A DNA stretch of 64,000 nucleotides from Camelus dromedarius (taxonomy: Eukaryota). Of the stretch, positions 25,391-38,450 are shown piece after piece. The stretch lies in NCBI RefSeq assembly GCF_036321535.1, contig NC_087436.1, forward strand, positions 50,036,001 to 50,100,000. Reading direction: 5' to 3'. The first letter of the stretch is position 1, and each line of letters begins with the position of its first letter. A program made the position numbers and the translations under genes. Below the pieces are notes generated by a model, which worked only from the letters and a program-made list of their open reading frames with translations, was not told the origin of the DNA and ran no database searches.

Positions 25391-28300
25391 TATACCATAA
25401 TAATGTTTTTATTTTCAATGGTTATGCCACACAGAACAGTCTTCTCTCTCAAGCAAGTGTTTTGAATCCCTATCTTTACAAGTGACAAAAATTCAAATAC
25501 AGAGGCACAATTGGAAAATTACATTTACAAGGTTATCTCAGATCTTTTATTCTAAGAATTTAAAGTATTATTTCACTTATTATCTTTATGGTGTCTAGAA
25601 AAGGTCAGATTTATTTTCCTCATTTTTTATAACAAGGTAGTGACTCAGCACATGAATGAAAGTGTTGCAGTATATGATCCTTAGGGTTCTAACCCTAATT
25701 TCTGTATTGGACTGTGTAACTTGGCAACTGGAGAATCCTTATGAAGTGTAGTGAAGAGTCTCTTTTGGAAGAACGTAGCCAAATCACAGATTTCTCAGTA
25801 GCAAGAACTATTTTATGAAAAAAAAAAACAATACTGGAAAAAAACTGGGGAAAAAATTCCCACCTCAAAGTGCACTCCAGGGATAAGAGACATATGGGTT
25901 TTACATTTTGCTAGAACACAGGATGTAAATAATGTAAATGGTGTGATCACAGGTTTGTTTTAGCTCCTTGTCTTCCCCATTTTTCTATACAAAGAAGGTA
26001 AGAATCAATTACAGCTGTCTTCAGCAATAGTCTATATTCTTGGACTTATGTGAAAAGCTTACCCAAACACACTTAAAAGATTGAATAACAAATATGCTCC
26101 TTTATGAAAATTAAGAAAGCAGCACAAATTGAGGCGCAAGCAAGACCCCTTCACAATGAACACCGTAAGAATGAACAGGTTTGTCATAGTGGAATTTCAC
26201 TCTAAATAAGTAAATTGCCATGAATCAGATTTCCATCCTGCAGAGCAAATACTCAGCTTCCCATCTTTCTTTATAAAAACTGTCAAGTGTCAGGCAAGGA
26301 ATTAGTATGTGAAGAGAAACATTTTATATAGGGCAGATGTTCTGTGAATGTCTTTGACTGACAAGAATCCTGCTAAAACCTGGACTGAAGGAATTAAACC
26401 CTACTGTTTGTTGTCATTTAAATTTGAGGGGTGCTGAGAAGCTCCCCACCCTCAGAATATTTCTCCACTGGCCTGTCAAAATGCCTATAATTTCACAGTT
26501 CTAAATCACTCCTTTCAACCAGCTGAGGTCGTGAGTGAGCAGAGGCCCAGGAGAGGCAAACACAGGGACGCATGCTCAGACCTGGGAAATCTCTGATGTG
26601 CATGAATTCTGGACAAAGGAAACCTCACTGCCACATTGTGAAGACTTTCAGCTCTCAAAATTATTTAGTTAGCCCATTTAGGGTAGAGCGTTTCTCTGAT
26701 ATCTCTTATATCAAATAGTATTTCCATTACTATGATATTATCAAAGGTGCTGCACTGATACAAGTCTGATCACTCCATATTATTTCAAGCTATGTCATTA
26801 CAGTGTAAAAATGGAATGTTTTTATAACCCAGAAATCAGTGATAATTTTTTAAAAGCATTTAGTTTAACTGAGGTTATTCAGAAATGAGTGAGTTGACCT
26901 GGTTAGTGAGGATGTCTGTGTGTATGTGCGTGCGAGAGAGAGGTGGGAATAATTTCAGTATCCACACAATATTAAGGGATATTCAGAAGGGACTGTTATT
27001 ATTATATCATCATTTATGTTCATGGAGAGCCAAGGTTTTAATTATTTATACCTTAAGGCTCCTGAGTCACATAACAGCAGCGAGCGTATATGGCAATTAA
27101 TAAGCAGCCAAAAGCCAATGTCTCAGTCTCCAGAGCTCTGGCTCTCAGGAATGAGGCAGAGGAAACAGAATACAGAGGAAAGCAGTTTTAAAAGCCTCGA
27201 CGAAATCTCAGGTGTGTGCTGGGTCTTCCCTGGCCTTATCATAAGCCGTCCTTCTGTCATGTAATTCCAATCACATTCTGAGCAGGGGCTTGCGCTGAGT
27301 TATTGCTGCTTCCCGGCCTGTCTTCTCCTGACAGTTCCTGTTTTCTGGGCACTCTTATTTGCCGCTTCCTGATGCTCATCTGTACTGATGCGGCTGTAAC
27401 ATTCAGGTCGGTGACCAGACACCCACAATATAAGATGCTCATCTCAACACAGTCTATGCATTTTGCTATTGAGTAGAGGGAGAGGGTATCCAATCTGCAG
27501 GGAAACCTTTCAATCTTACATTCCCTGGACATGCATTACACCTGCACCATGCTATCTGCATAGAAAATGCAAGTCTTCCCTCTTTCCTCTCTACGTCCTT
27601 TTTGAAATTATTGCCTTCAATTATTTTTCGTTCAGACTTCACGTTTGCTAAAATTGGAACAAAATCAAAAAGCTTTAAAAAGAGAGGGAGAGGCACTCAT
27701 CAGGATGTGTTTTGTCAACCCTCCTGGCTTTTTTTCTTCCCCTTCCATTCAGAGAGGGCAGCCTCTTTAAATGCACACTTGGCTTCTGACAGCTCTGCAG
27801 TGATTGGGTGCAGCAGGAAATAGTGCCTGACACATAAAATCCACTGATTCAACTATGCAATATTTATTTCATAGCCAACATAAATAAAAATAAAATATTT
27901 CCTTGAACATTTTGCTCACACACTGCCTGCCTGGCTGCGTTGCCAGCAACTTTTCGGATCCTTCCGTTAGAAAACTTTTATTTGCCTTCCTCTCTACCAT
28001 AAATCATCTTCTCTGATCTAGCTCTGGTTGGACTACCCTTTGTTGAATAATAAAACATAGGTATTGCTTGAAGATCTTGCAGATAATGCAATAAAGTTAA
28101 AGAGAGAATCAGTACAGTTTGATGAGGAAACTATCGGATTCATATAAGATAAAGCCTTTCAAGAGAAAATTAAAGTTTCTTGCTCTAATTACCAATACCC
28201 TGGGCCTTGCTGTGGCACACTAAGAAGCTTGGGGATTTGGGCTTTTAGGGGAATGGGGTAACCACGGCCTCAGTGAGTCCGGATCCCAGTTATTAGAGTG

Positions 28301-28700
28301 AGGCCAAGGTAGTTCAGGAAATTGTTTTAAAAAATCAGAGAAATCATCGCTTGCAGTAGATTTTATAGCCTCAAGTGAGTCGAGTAGGAGCAAGCCTGAT
28401 GATCAGCATAGCATGAAATGTAATGGAGGGTTGCAGAGGGAGAAAGGTGGGAAACCTCTGTTGTTTGGGAAAGCATCCGTGAGTAAGGTAACAGTTTTCC
28501 TCAAGTGGCAGGAAATCACTAGTCACAAATGCACCAAGGCATTACTGCAAGGAAAAGCCACGGGGAGGGCTAGAAATTAAGTAACAGAGGGATGCCTTCA
28601 TGGGGCTATCTTTGGTGAACTTAGTTAAAATCTCTCCATAATTTGGCAACACTGAAAAACTATTTAATCCACTCACTAATTTGAGTTTGGGTTATTTAAG

Positions 28701-30400
28701 TAGCAGTTTTCAAAGTTTTTTAGACTGACGTCCTTAAAATAATTTTTTTAAGAATTGCATAACCCTTGCCAATGTTTAAGTTGACAGCTAGAAGTTTTTC
28801 ATAATTTAATTGTAGCAAGTGACATAATTTACGTGTATTATAAATATTGACATTTTAAATTCACACTGTTATACTGCTTTTTAAATGTATACAACTGGAT
28901 ATTAAGACCATACCGTTTGATTTACACCTCAGTCCATTGAAATTACATTATTGTTAAAGATTATATTATAGTCAAAATTTACATTATATTTTTCATATTT
29001 CTGTGTTCCTATTTCACTTCTGCAACATATTTTATTTTGACATAATATATTTTTAAGTTTGAAAGACTTCTTAATCATAGATCACACACTTCTGCAGTTC
29101 AAATATGTGTTACGTGTGCCTGTGTTTGTAAGTCTGAATTTTGAAAAAATTGTGAAAATGTCTACAGGATTAAAATCATTATGATTATTTTATTAAACAA
29201 TTGACTAAAAGTATATGACCGGTTTTGATAATTGATTATTAAACAATAAAACATATTGGAAAAGTATCTGTTAATGTAGCAAACCGGACTTAAAAATTAT
29301 TCTATTACAAACAAATGAATAGTTTAGTTAGAAGGAAGCAGAGTTTGCCCTGAGTTCGGCATTATTTGTTTTCATGGATAGGTGATTTACAAATACTTTT
29401 TCTTATAAGATGTTGATGGAAATGGGAGAGTTTATTTATTTAATAACACATCATTTTTATGTTCTCTTAGTTATGCACCTAGAATTATATAGTGGTCCAT
29501 CATAAAAAATTCTTCTTATTGATCTAAAAGCTTCTTCAGGTTTACTGAAAGCAAAGAATTAAAAGCTGCTTAAATGGCAGGATGATATCTTAGTCAGTCA
29601 CTGTGGTCATTTACTTTCTCAGTTTCTGAAAATCCTTTCAAAATATTCGGCAATGATTATTGATGATGTGTGCTACTTTTTCAATTAGAGACGTCTCATT
29701 TAGCCCAGTACAATCAGAAAGTATTGGAAAAATTAAAATATTACAAATTTTACTATCCCTTTGTCAATGCAGTTTTTTTAATTGCATTGATCTTAAACAT
29801 TTTGATCAAAACCTTGAACTATAATATGTAACTCAAGTTATGGGATACAAATCAATCGGCAAAGTCAATTCTTATCATAAATACAATTAACCAAATGAGA
29901 TTTATGATTCATCAGAGTCTAATTTTGTATTCAATTCAAATAATTATTTTAATATGCACCATTTTGACTGCCACCTATATTCTGAGTTAAACTGTAAAAC
30001 AGACATACATGGATAGATAGGTATTTACATAGCTAGGTAGATAAGTCACAAAACCTTCCCATGAGTTCATTGCCCAATTAAAACAAGTTCCTGCCTCCTC
30101 TGATATTTCTTAGTGATGTTTTCCTTGCTTTGCTCTCTTGGGACCCTTCCTGGGGTGATATATTCTTTCATAGAGATGGCTAACAGAAGATTCTAGGTTA
30201 TAAAATGATGATTATAATTTTTCCACCCCTCTCATGTAAGATAAATTTCAGTTAAGAATATCCTTAATGTAAACTACAGTGCATACACCCAATTTCTAAT
30301 GTTACATTTTGCCATTAAGAAAAATGTATATAAGACTGGGAAGATTCAAAGGTTTGCCACAATTAATGGTGTATTGATTAAAGGAGCTTCAGTGACACCA
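28701..30400. mobile_element. Probable old hAT-Charlie DNA transposon remnant
   Basis: Begins 'tagcagttttcaaagttttt' (Charlie-like terminus) followed by an AT-rich interior. A weak BED/N-terminal transposase-like stretch lies on the minus strand near 29500-29650. Right boundary uncertain. Confidence 0.4.
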
Positions 30401-30434
30401 ATCTTTTACATTTTCCATTTATGTGCTTTGTTGT

Positions 30435-32350
30435 TTTAAAACTTTTTACGTTTCTTATGAAAATTTGCAGACATATACAAAAGTGGAGAGAGTAATATAA
30501 TGAACCCTACATACCCATTTCCAGCTTCAACAATTACCAATACATAGTCAACCCATTTTCCCCATGAGCTATTTTGAAGCAAATCCCACATCATTTCACC
30601 TGCATGTATTTTATTATGTATCAATTAAAAAGAAAACAGACTTTACAAGTAACTTGCCAATTATTTTTAAAATGGATAATAATTTCTTAGTGTGATCAAC
30701 TATCCACTGGGTAGTCATACTTTCCTGATCGTCAATTTTTTTAAGAAAAATTTTTAGTTTGCTTAAAACAGAATTCAAGGAAAATCAATAGACCATAATT
30801 TGTTGATATTTCTCTTAAGACTCTTTTAATCTGTATTCCCTCTTCTTGCCTCCCTCTCCTCTCTTCACTTCTCTCATTTTTTTTCTGTTGTGTTGAATAA
30901 AACATACAACCCTATAGAATTTTCCACAGTCTACATTTTGCTGATCATATTCCCATGGGGTACATTAAAGTACATTAAATGTTTACATCTGCATTGTGTT
31001 ATCTGTAAACTGCTTGAGGCTCATACAATTGATCAGATTCTTCTTTTATTTCTGCTTCTGCTCCTGCTCCTTCTCCTGTTTCTCCTCCTTCTCCAGTTCC
31101 TCCTCCTCCTTCTTGTCCTTCTTGTCTTCTTTTTCATAGTTGCTGCTGGGTGAGATTTACTCAGGAGTCATGTAACATTGGTGATCCCCTTTAAAAAAAT
31201 ATTCCCAGCTAATAATAATTACCTTCATCCATTAATTTCATAAATTGAATAGGGTTGCAAAATATAAAATTTCAGTCCTATCATTTCTTTTTAATTAATG
31301 AGGTGGAATATTTCTACCAAGATCAAATTATACCTCTAAGCATTTTCTTAAGATACCAGTCTGTATAGAAACAATAAGGTGAATGTGTGATTCTTTTCCC
31401 TTTTCTTAACAATTTTCAACTGGTAAGTTGACTCCTAACATCTTCCAAAAGTAGCCAAAGTGTTTTTGAATATGATTAGAAACTCCTGTATTTAAATATA
31501 TTTTAGGATTGAGTCCATTGTAATTACAATTATTGTGGAAATTCAAGTGCTCCCATCTTTTGCCGGTGGCTTGGCTTCTGAGTCTTTCATAGCTTTATAG
31601 CTTTCGGGTATGAGCTGATGTTTCAGACTCATCTTTTATTTTTGATGTGCAGGTCTGAAATTAATTAATGAATTTCTCCAAAGAGAGCTGTATAGCTTTA
31701 TAGAGAATGGCATTTAAAAATCAAACTTTGGACACTAAGAGTTACTCATTTCCACTGCACTGATCATTGTTTCTACGCCTTTCTTTAGACATAGTTCTAG
31801 GGTTTTGGTGGGGGGGAGGTTAGGATAAAATACATCTTGAGTTTATTCTTATGCTTTCAGGTCAAATTAGCACTACACAAATTTCATTGACTCTCATTTG
31901 TATCTTCTTTCAATCATGATGAGATATTATTTCCTAATAATACCTATACAGTTCCTTTCATTATTGTTTCAAGAATGCACCTTCAACAACTTCATGGTAA
32001 ACATACTAACACTGCCACTAACAGTGTAATTGCTGAAACAGTTTAAGATTTTTGCTGAATTCTTTTGTCTGTAGCATATATCCCATTAGTGATGTAAAAT
32101 CAAATAACTACTTTAAATATAGTTATTTAGTTTGAATAAATCCTCCTGAAAAAGTTATTCTGTTTATCATACAGTTAGGCTTATAAGTTTGTTTTTCCAT
32201 TTTACTTGGGGGGACATTAAATGTAAAATTATTTCATTATTATGTGAAGTATTTACATGGTCTAAAAGTTAAAATTACAAAGTAAAGTATGTTCAAGTCC
32301 TGTATAATCCTCTTTATCCCTTCCACACTCATAAGTAATCTTTTCTTTTT
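30435..32350 (-). mobile_element. L1MC4/5-type long 3' UTR fragment
   Basis: 'tatgaaaatttgcagacatatacaaaagtggagagagtaatataatgaaccc..catacccat..ccagcttcaacaattaccaa' is the reverse complement of an L1MC 3' end. Further motifs such as 'gtttcagactcatctt' and 'ggacactaagagttactcatt' follow. Confidence 0.7.
31035..31135. repeat. Degenerate (CTT/CTC)n pyrimidine triplet repeat
   Basis: Seen directly; it generates the poly-Leu ORF 30890-31153. Confidence 0.85.
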
Positions 32351-32697
32351 AACTTCGTGATTTACTTTCCATTTGGAAATGCCCTTCCTGCCCTTATTAT
32401 AGTAGGGGATGATATACTTAGGTTTATACTTAAAAAAACTACTCAAATTATATTGCATGAAATACTTTGGTAGGGCAAGCGTGGATATAGGCAAACTAGT
32501 CAGGAGGCTATTGCATAAGTTTAGAACATGGCAGCCTGTGTTTGATTCTTTAGTACTTTGTGATTCTCCTGATATTTGTGGCACCTGTATAGGATATTTG
32601 GATTATGTGTTGTGGATTAATTTTTATTGCTTTATTTCTTAACTTTCTATAACTTGTTCATATGGTTAAGATGTTTCGGGTTTTATTAGTTTACTAT

Positions 32698-33082
32698 TAA
32701 TAAAGATAAATAAATGAAATAGAGACTAAAAAGACAATAGAAAGGATCAAGAAAACAGAGCTGGTTTTTGAAAAAATAAAATTGACAAAACTTGAGCTAG
32801 ACTCATCAAGAAAAAAGAGAGGTGACTCGAATAAATAAGTCAGAAATGAAAGACGAGGGGTTAACAAATGATACCACAGAAATACAAGGATCATAAGAGA
32901 TTACTATAAATACTTATATGCCAGCAAATTGGACAACCTAGAAGAAATAGATAAATTCCTGGAAACATACAACCTACCAAAAGTGAATCATGAAGAAATG
33001 GAAAATGTGAATAGACAGATTACTAGTAAGATTGAATCAGCAAAAAAAAAACTTCTAACAATCAAAAGTCCAGGGCCAGATC
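32698..33082 (+). mobile_element. L1 ORF2 internal fragment (sense)
   Basis: ORF 32929 begins '[36 protein letters not shown]...KSPGPD', which is L1 ORF2p Z-domain region. Confidence 0.92.
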
Positions 33083-33084
33083 AC

Positions 33085-33735
33085 CTCCATTGTCTTCTTA
33101 GTCTGTATTTGATTTCTTTCTGCTCTGATTTTTATATTTGCTTCTTTGTGCTAACTTTCTTCTGCTAATCTTGTTTTCCTTTTTCTGGTTTCTGTTAGTG
33201 TAAATTTAGGTTGTTTATTATATATCTCTGTGGATTTTTTCCTAATGTAGGAGTTTATCACTGTAAGCTTTCCTCTTAGAACTGCTTTTGCTGCATTCAT
33301 AAATTTGGGTATATTGTACTTCCATTTTCATTTGTCTCAAGACACTTTTCTTATTTCTCTTTTGATTTCTTCTTTGGCCCACTGGTTGTTCAGGAGCATG
33401 TTGTTTAATTTCTGCATATTTGTTTTTTTCTAACTTCCTTCTTATAATTGATTTCTAGCTTCTTACTATTGCAGTCAGAAAAGATTCTTGATATGATTTC
33501 AGTCTTCTTAAATGTATTAAGACTTTGTTTAGCAGCCTAATATGTGATCTATCCTGGAAAATGCTCCATATGTTCTTGAGAAGACTATATTCTGCTGCTA
33601 GTGCATGGAATATTCTTTTTTTATTATTTTTATTTTTTATGGAGGTACTGGGGATCGAATCCAGCACCCTGTGCCTGCTAAGCATGTGCTCTACCACTGA
33701 GCTATACACACCATCTTGAAATGTTCTTTAAATGT
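33085..33735 (-). mobile_element. L1 ORF2 (endonuclease-proximal) fragment, antisense, interrupted by a SINE
   Basis: 'tttcctcttagaactgcttttgctgcat', 'cactggttgttcaggagcatgttgtttaatttc', 'cctaatatgtgatctatcctggaaaatg.tccat' are antisense L1 ORF2 motifs. Confidence 0.9.
33616..33712 (-). mobile_element. Camelid tRNA-derived SINE (Vic-1 type)
   Basis: Reverse complement reads 'ggtgtgtatagctcagtggtagagcacatgcttagcaggcacagggtgctggattcgatccccagtacctcc' plus an A-rich tail, with Pol III A and B boxes. Approximate TSD ggaatattct/gaaatgttct. Confidence 0.9.
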
Positions 33736-35160
33736 AGAAGTTGGATATGACTTCAGATTATCTCCATTTGGGAAATTACGAGTGCATTTATAGTGGTGTG
33801 TGTGACAGTGGATATACGTCAGGTGGGGGAAGCTTTTGAATTGTATATAAGAGAAGTGTAGGTTGAGCAACTGAGAGATGAAATGTACTGTGGAGTAATT
33901 ATAACTGCCCAACTTACTCTCCAAAATATGTCCTCTGCAGTCATGTTTTCATTCGTCCACTAACAAAAGGTGGATATGTCACATGAATTGGCACACTTAA
34001 ATTTCTCCCTCTCTGTCCCTCCTCTGCACACCTCCTCCTACCCCTAGACTTTAAGAGAGATAAGGAGACAGGAGTTTTTTAATAAAGCAAATATCAGAGG
34101 ACTAGAGATAAGTGTTATTTATTCCTTCTGCTGATATCACCAATGGTTCTCTATTTTTGGTGCTTACTGAGCTCGAATTTTTCACTTGTTCTGTGAACTC
34201 TGGGAACTACCTCTGCATCCTTCTACTTCCATTAAGTTGCCCTTCACGTTTAGGCCAATCCAAATTGGCATCTGATGCATGCAAGATAACAAAAGCATAT
34301 TTCTGTTTCTGGTGTTTCTTGTGATACTGAGGTTTGACACATTGTCTGAATTGATCCTGAGATTACAACATCCATGTCTGAACTACTGTAGATTAGATTT
34401 ACATATTACCCATCTATGACTGTAATATAGCTGCTTATCTATATTTTTTATATATAACTATTTTTATGTAGGGGAAATGGGGAAGGATACAAAAAAGAAT
34501 GCTGGACATGAGAACATTTTCTGGAGGGTAATTGTTTTCAGGCCTTTATATCTTGTTTCATCAATGGTTTCTTATGCATGCATTTGAGACAGAAACTTCC
34601 AAGGGCAAGAGCTAAGTCTGCCCTGGAATGACACAACACTTCAGCAGCTGTGCTCTTTAAATCAGAAAGCCTTTTTCCTTTTCTTCTTTTTAAAAAAAAT
34701 TTGTTTGTTTTATTAGTTTCAGCTGCTCCAAGTTATCCTGCCACTACAAAGAAGGATATATGAACCCCTCTCTTCTGGATCCTCCTTTTGGAAGGGTAAT
34801 ATTTGAAAACAAGAGTTTATAAAATGTATTCCTAATAGCACTGGCCACTCTTCCTCAAATATATTCCACTTTCTCCCCCTGACCAAATTCTTTCCATTGT
34901 CTTGTTTCCTATTTGTTTTCAGATAATAATACAAATGTGCAATATACACACTGTAAGAAATTTGGAAGGTACAAAAATATAGGAGAAAAATAAAAATTAT
35001 TCATTATCCTCCATCTGGAAATATTTAGTCTTCATATTTCTGGTATATTTCCTTCCTTTATGTGCATGTTTATTTGTACCTATACACTTAGAGTTTTGAT
35101 AATTATAACATACACACTGACTTATATGTTTTGGCTTATATTCTCTGGTCATCTGGTCCT

Positions 35161-35440
35161 GATCATCTTTTATTGTGGGGAGAGGGTTACAGAGAGCAGT
35201 GTAATCAAGGGTTGTTGTAAGAGGAACACAGGAGAGCCAGACAAGGGAAGACAACATGATAATGGAAGTAGAGATTGGAGTGATGCAGTCACAATGCAAA
35301 AAGTGAAGGTGGCCTCCAGATGACATATTTGTATTATTTTAAAAGTCACTATATTTGTGGTAATTTGGTACAGCAGCAACAGGAAGTAAATATACCACAT
35401 ATCTGGCCCCCTAGAAAGTATTTAGATTATATAAAGAAAT
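35161..35440 (+). repeat. 280-bp local duplicate of 36463-36864 (MLT1 LTR 3' part plus L1 flank) lacking 122 bp
   Basis: Hand alignment gives 19 mismatches in 280 bp, ungapped except for the loss of 36623-36744. Confidence 0.95.
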
Positions 35441-35744
35441 ATATATATTTATTGTAATAGCTTCATGTGTCCATTATTGACCTTGTACCAAAACCAAAAA
35501 GAAAAAAAGAGAGAATACAGTAAAAGACAGCCACACAACATTATAATCTATGAACTTAGACACAAAATGCTCAGTGAGATATTAGTAAACTGAATTCTAC
35601 AATCTATAAAAAGAATTAGCTGTTTCCACATGTAAGGAGCTTGGGAGTCAACACTCCATCCCAAAACAATTGAGAAGCTGAACAGACTAAAAAAACCATC
35701 TCTTCTTGGATCCTCCAGAAAAGAGAGGACACAAGGCAAACCAC

Positions 35745-36315
35745 TGCACCTCAATGTTCACAGCAGCACTATATACAACAGCCAAGACATGCAGCAACCT
35801 AAATGTCCATGGACTGATGACTGGATAAAGAAGATGTGGTACATATATACAATGGAACACTACTCAGCCATAAAAAAGAGTGAAATAATGCCATTTGCAG
35901 CAACATGGGTGGAACCAGAGATTACCATACTAAGTGAAGTAAGCCAGAAAGAAAAAGACAAATACCGTATGATATCACTTATATGTAGAATCTAAAAAAT
36001 GATAAAATGAACTTATTTACAAAACAGAAACAGACTCACAGACATGGAAAACAATCTTACAGTTACTAGAGGGTAAAGTGAAGGGGAGGGACAAATTAGT
36101 AGGAGTTTGGGATTAGTAGATACAAACTACTATATACAGAATAGATAAGCAATGAGGTCCTATTATATAGCACTGGAAACTATATTCAATATTTTGTAAT
36201 TACCTATAATGAAAAAGAGAATGAAAAAATATACATATGTAAAACTGATTCTTTTTGCTGCACACCAGAAACAAACACAAGACTATAAATCAACTATACT
36301 TCAGTTTAAAAAAAG
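35745..36315 (+). mobile_element. Younger artiodactyl/camelid-type L1 3' end (ORF2 C-terminus, 3' UTR, A-tail)
   Basis: ORF 35789-35995 'QPKCPWTDDWIKKMWYIYTMEHYSAIKKSEIMPFAATW...ILSEVSQKEKDKYRMISLIC' is the L1 ORF2p C-terminus. Ends 'taaatcaactatacttcagtttaaaaaaa'. Confidence 0.95.
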
Positions 36316-36360
36316 AGTATGAAAAGACAAGCTTCAGACTTGAAGAAAATATTTGCACAC

Positions 36361-36818
36361 CGTATGGGGTAGAAATCCTCTACAAGTATATCTGCATCCT
36401 AATCCCAGGACCTGTGACTGTCACCTTATATGACAAAAGGGACTTTGCCGATGTGATGAGGAGATCATCTTGCACTGTGGGGAGAGGGTTACAGAGAGCA
36501 ATGTAATCAAGGATTGTTATAAGAGGGACACAGGAGAGCCCAACAAGGGAAGACAACATGATAATGGAAGTAGAGATTGGAGTGATGCAGTCACAATTCA
36601 AAAAGTGAAGGTGGCCTCCAGAAACTGGAAGAAGCAACAAATAGATTTTCCCCCTGTAGACTCCAGAAGGAACCATCTAGGCTGACATCTTGGATTTAGC
36701 CTTGTAAAAATCATTTTGCACTTCTGACCTTCCACAATGTGAGATGATATATTTGTATTGCTTTAAAAGTCACTATGTTTGTGGTAATTTGGTACAGCAG
36801 CAACAGGAAGCTAATACA
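36361..36818 (+). mobile_element. MLT1 (C/D-type) MaLR solo LTR inserted in an L1
   Basis: 'catcctaatcccaggacctgtgac..tcaccttatatgacaaaagggactttgc.gatgtgat', ending 'tttgtggtaatttggtacagcagcaacaggaagctaataca'. Confidence 0.9.
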
Positions 36819-37725
36819 CCACATACCTGGCCCCCCAGAAAGTATTTAGATTATATAAAGAAATCCCAAAACTTAATAGTAAAAATAAGCCAATTAGGAA
36901 ATGGGCAAAAGTATGAAGAAACATTTCACTGAAGCGGATAAAAATGTCAAATAAGCAAGTGGAAAGATGGTCAACATCATTAATCATCAGGGACACATAA
37001 ATTAATAGCACAATGATCTATCACTATATACTTACCAAAATGGCTTATAAAAAGTTGTAGCACTAAATACTAGCAAGCATGAACAGAAAATTCATACATT
37101 GCTGATAGGAATGTAAAATTTCCACTCTGGAAAAAATTTTGGCAGTTTCTTATAGAAATAAACATTCAGTTACCAAGTGACCCAGCAATTGCACCTTTGG
37201 GCATTTATCCCAGAGGAATAAAAACTTGTGTACACACAAAAACCTGTACACAAATGTTTATAGCAGCATTATTGGTAACAGCCAAAGCTATAATCAGCCT
37301 AGATTTCCTTCAATAGATAAAAGGTTAAATAAGCTTTGGTGCATACATAGCATGGAATATTAACTATCAATAAAAGGAAATTAACTATTGATATATGCTG
37401 CAATTTGGATGCTTCTACAGGAAATGTGATGATGACATTGTTCAGTATCTTGACTGCCTTGGTAGATACACAAACCTAGATGTGATACAATTGCATAGAA
37501 CTACACACACATACACACACACAAGAACAAGTAAACTGGGAAAATCTGAATAAGATCATTGGATTGTACCAATGTCAACACCCTGGTGGTTATACCGTAG
37601 TCATAGTCAAAATGTTAACACTGGGAAACTGAGTAGGTGTTCATGTACATGGAATATCTCTATAATAGTTCTTACAAGGACATGTGAGTCTACAATTATT
37701 TCAGTACAAATTTCAATTAAAAATG
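36819..37725 (+). mobile_element. L1MD/MC-type fragment (end of ORF2 plus 3' UTR); its upstream part is at 36315-36360
   Basis: 'gacccagcaattgcacctttgggcatttatcccagagga.taaaaact', 'gtaaaactgggaaaatctgaataagatc..tggattgtaccaatgtcaa', ending 'tgagtctacaattatttca..acaaatttcaattaaaaa'. Confidence 0.85.
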
Positions 37726-38401
37726 CAACTGTGAAAGTGATAATGAACCCAAATGAACATCTTCAATTCATTCCTCCTTTGGGAACTAGCGTCTATAATG
37801 ATGGTACAGGATTCTAATTCCAACGTTTTGAGAAACATGATTTCTTCTGTGGTTATAATTGTAATTTTTAACTTTTTTGGTTTTTATGTATTTACCTTAT
37901 TGTGAAGGAAGTTTGTTCACCAAGACTTTATTGATAATTATTAGTTTCTTGTTTCCACAGGATAGAAGACAAACATGCTGGTAGAGAACAAATTGGTGTG
38001 GAATTTTTGGGTGATAAAGCCTTAAACTGGGAATCAATCTCATTTTTGTTTTAAATCATTTATTTTGCCCATATTAATCACATATCTTGAGGATAAATCA
38101 CACCTAAGATCATTTTTATATCCTACAGTGCCTGGCATAATGCCATCCTTAACATAGTAAATTGTTAGATACATATTTACTGACTCTATTGCTAATTAAC
38201 TGATCATATAAAGTATATGCCACAAAAATAGAAATGAAAATTTAAATAAGCATTCTTTATAGAACATTTTATAAATAGCTGTCTCAAAGTTCCATTCATA
38301 AATACAAACTCTGTTAGAGTATACATGATATAATAAGACAGAACAGGACAGACATTTTGGAAGCAGTAACACCAATTCAACTATATCAAATAACCTCCTC
38401 T

Positions 38402-38450
38402 CAACACACACACACACACACACATACACACACACACACACACAAATACA
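38402..38450. repeat. (CA)n microsatellite
   Basis: Seen directly. Confidence 0.95.

Noticed and set aside
30890..31153. ORF with a long poly-Leu, transmembrane-looking stretch
   Set aside because: It is the translation of a CTT/CTC simple repeat inside an antisense L1 3' UTR.
33616..33712. tRNA-like sequences with A/B boxes (also at 45528-45803)
   Set aside because: They have A-rich tails, TSDs and diverged stems, so they are tRNA-derived SINEs rather than tRNA genes.
35060..36685. Pair of near-identical ORFs suggesting duplicated genes
   Set aside because: Both are chance translations of MLT1 LTR sequence, duplicated by the local templated insertion.
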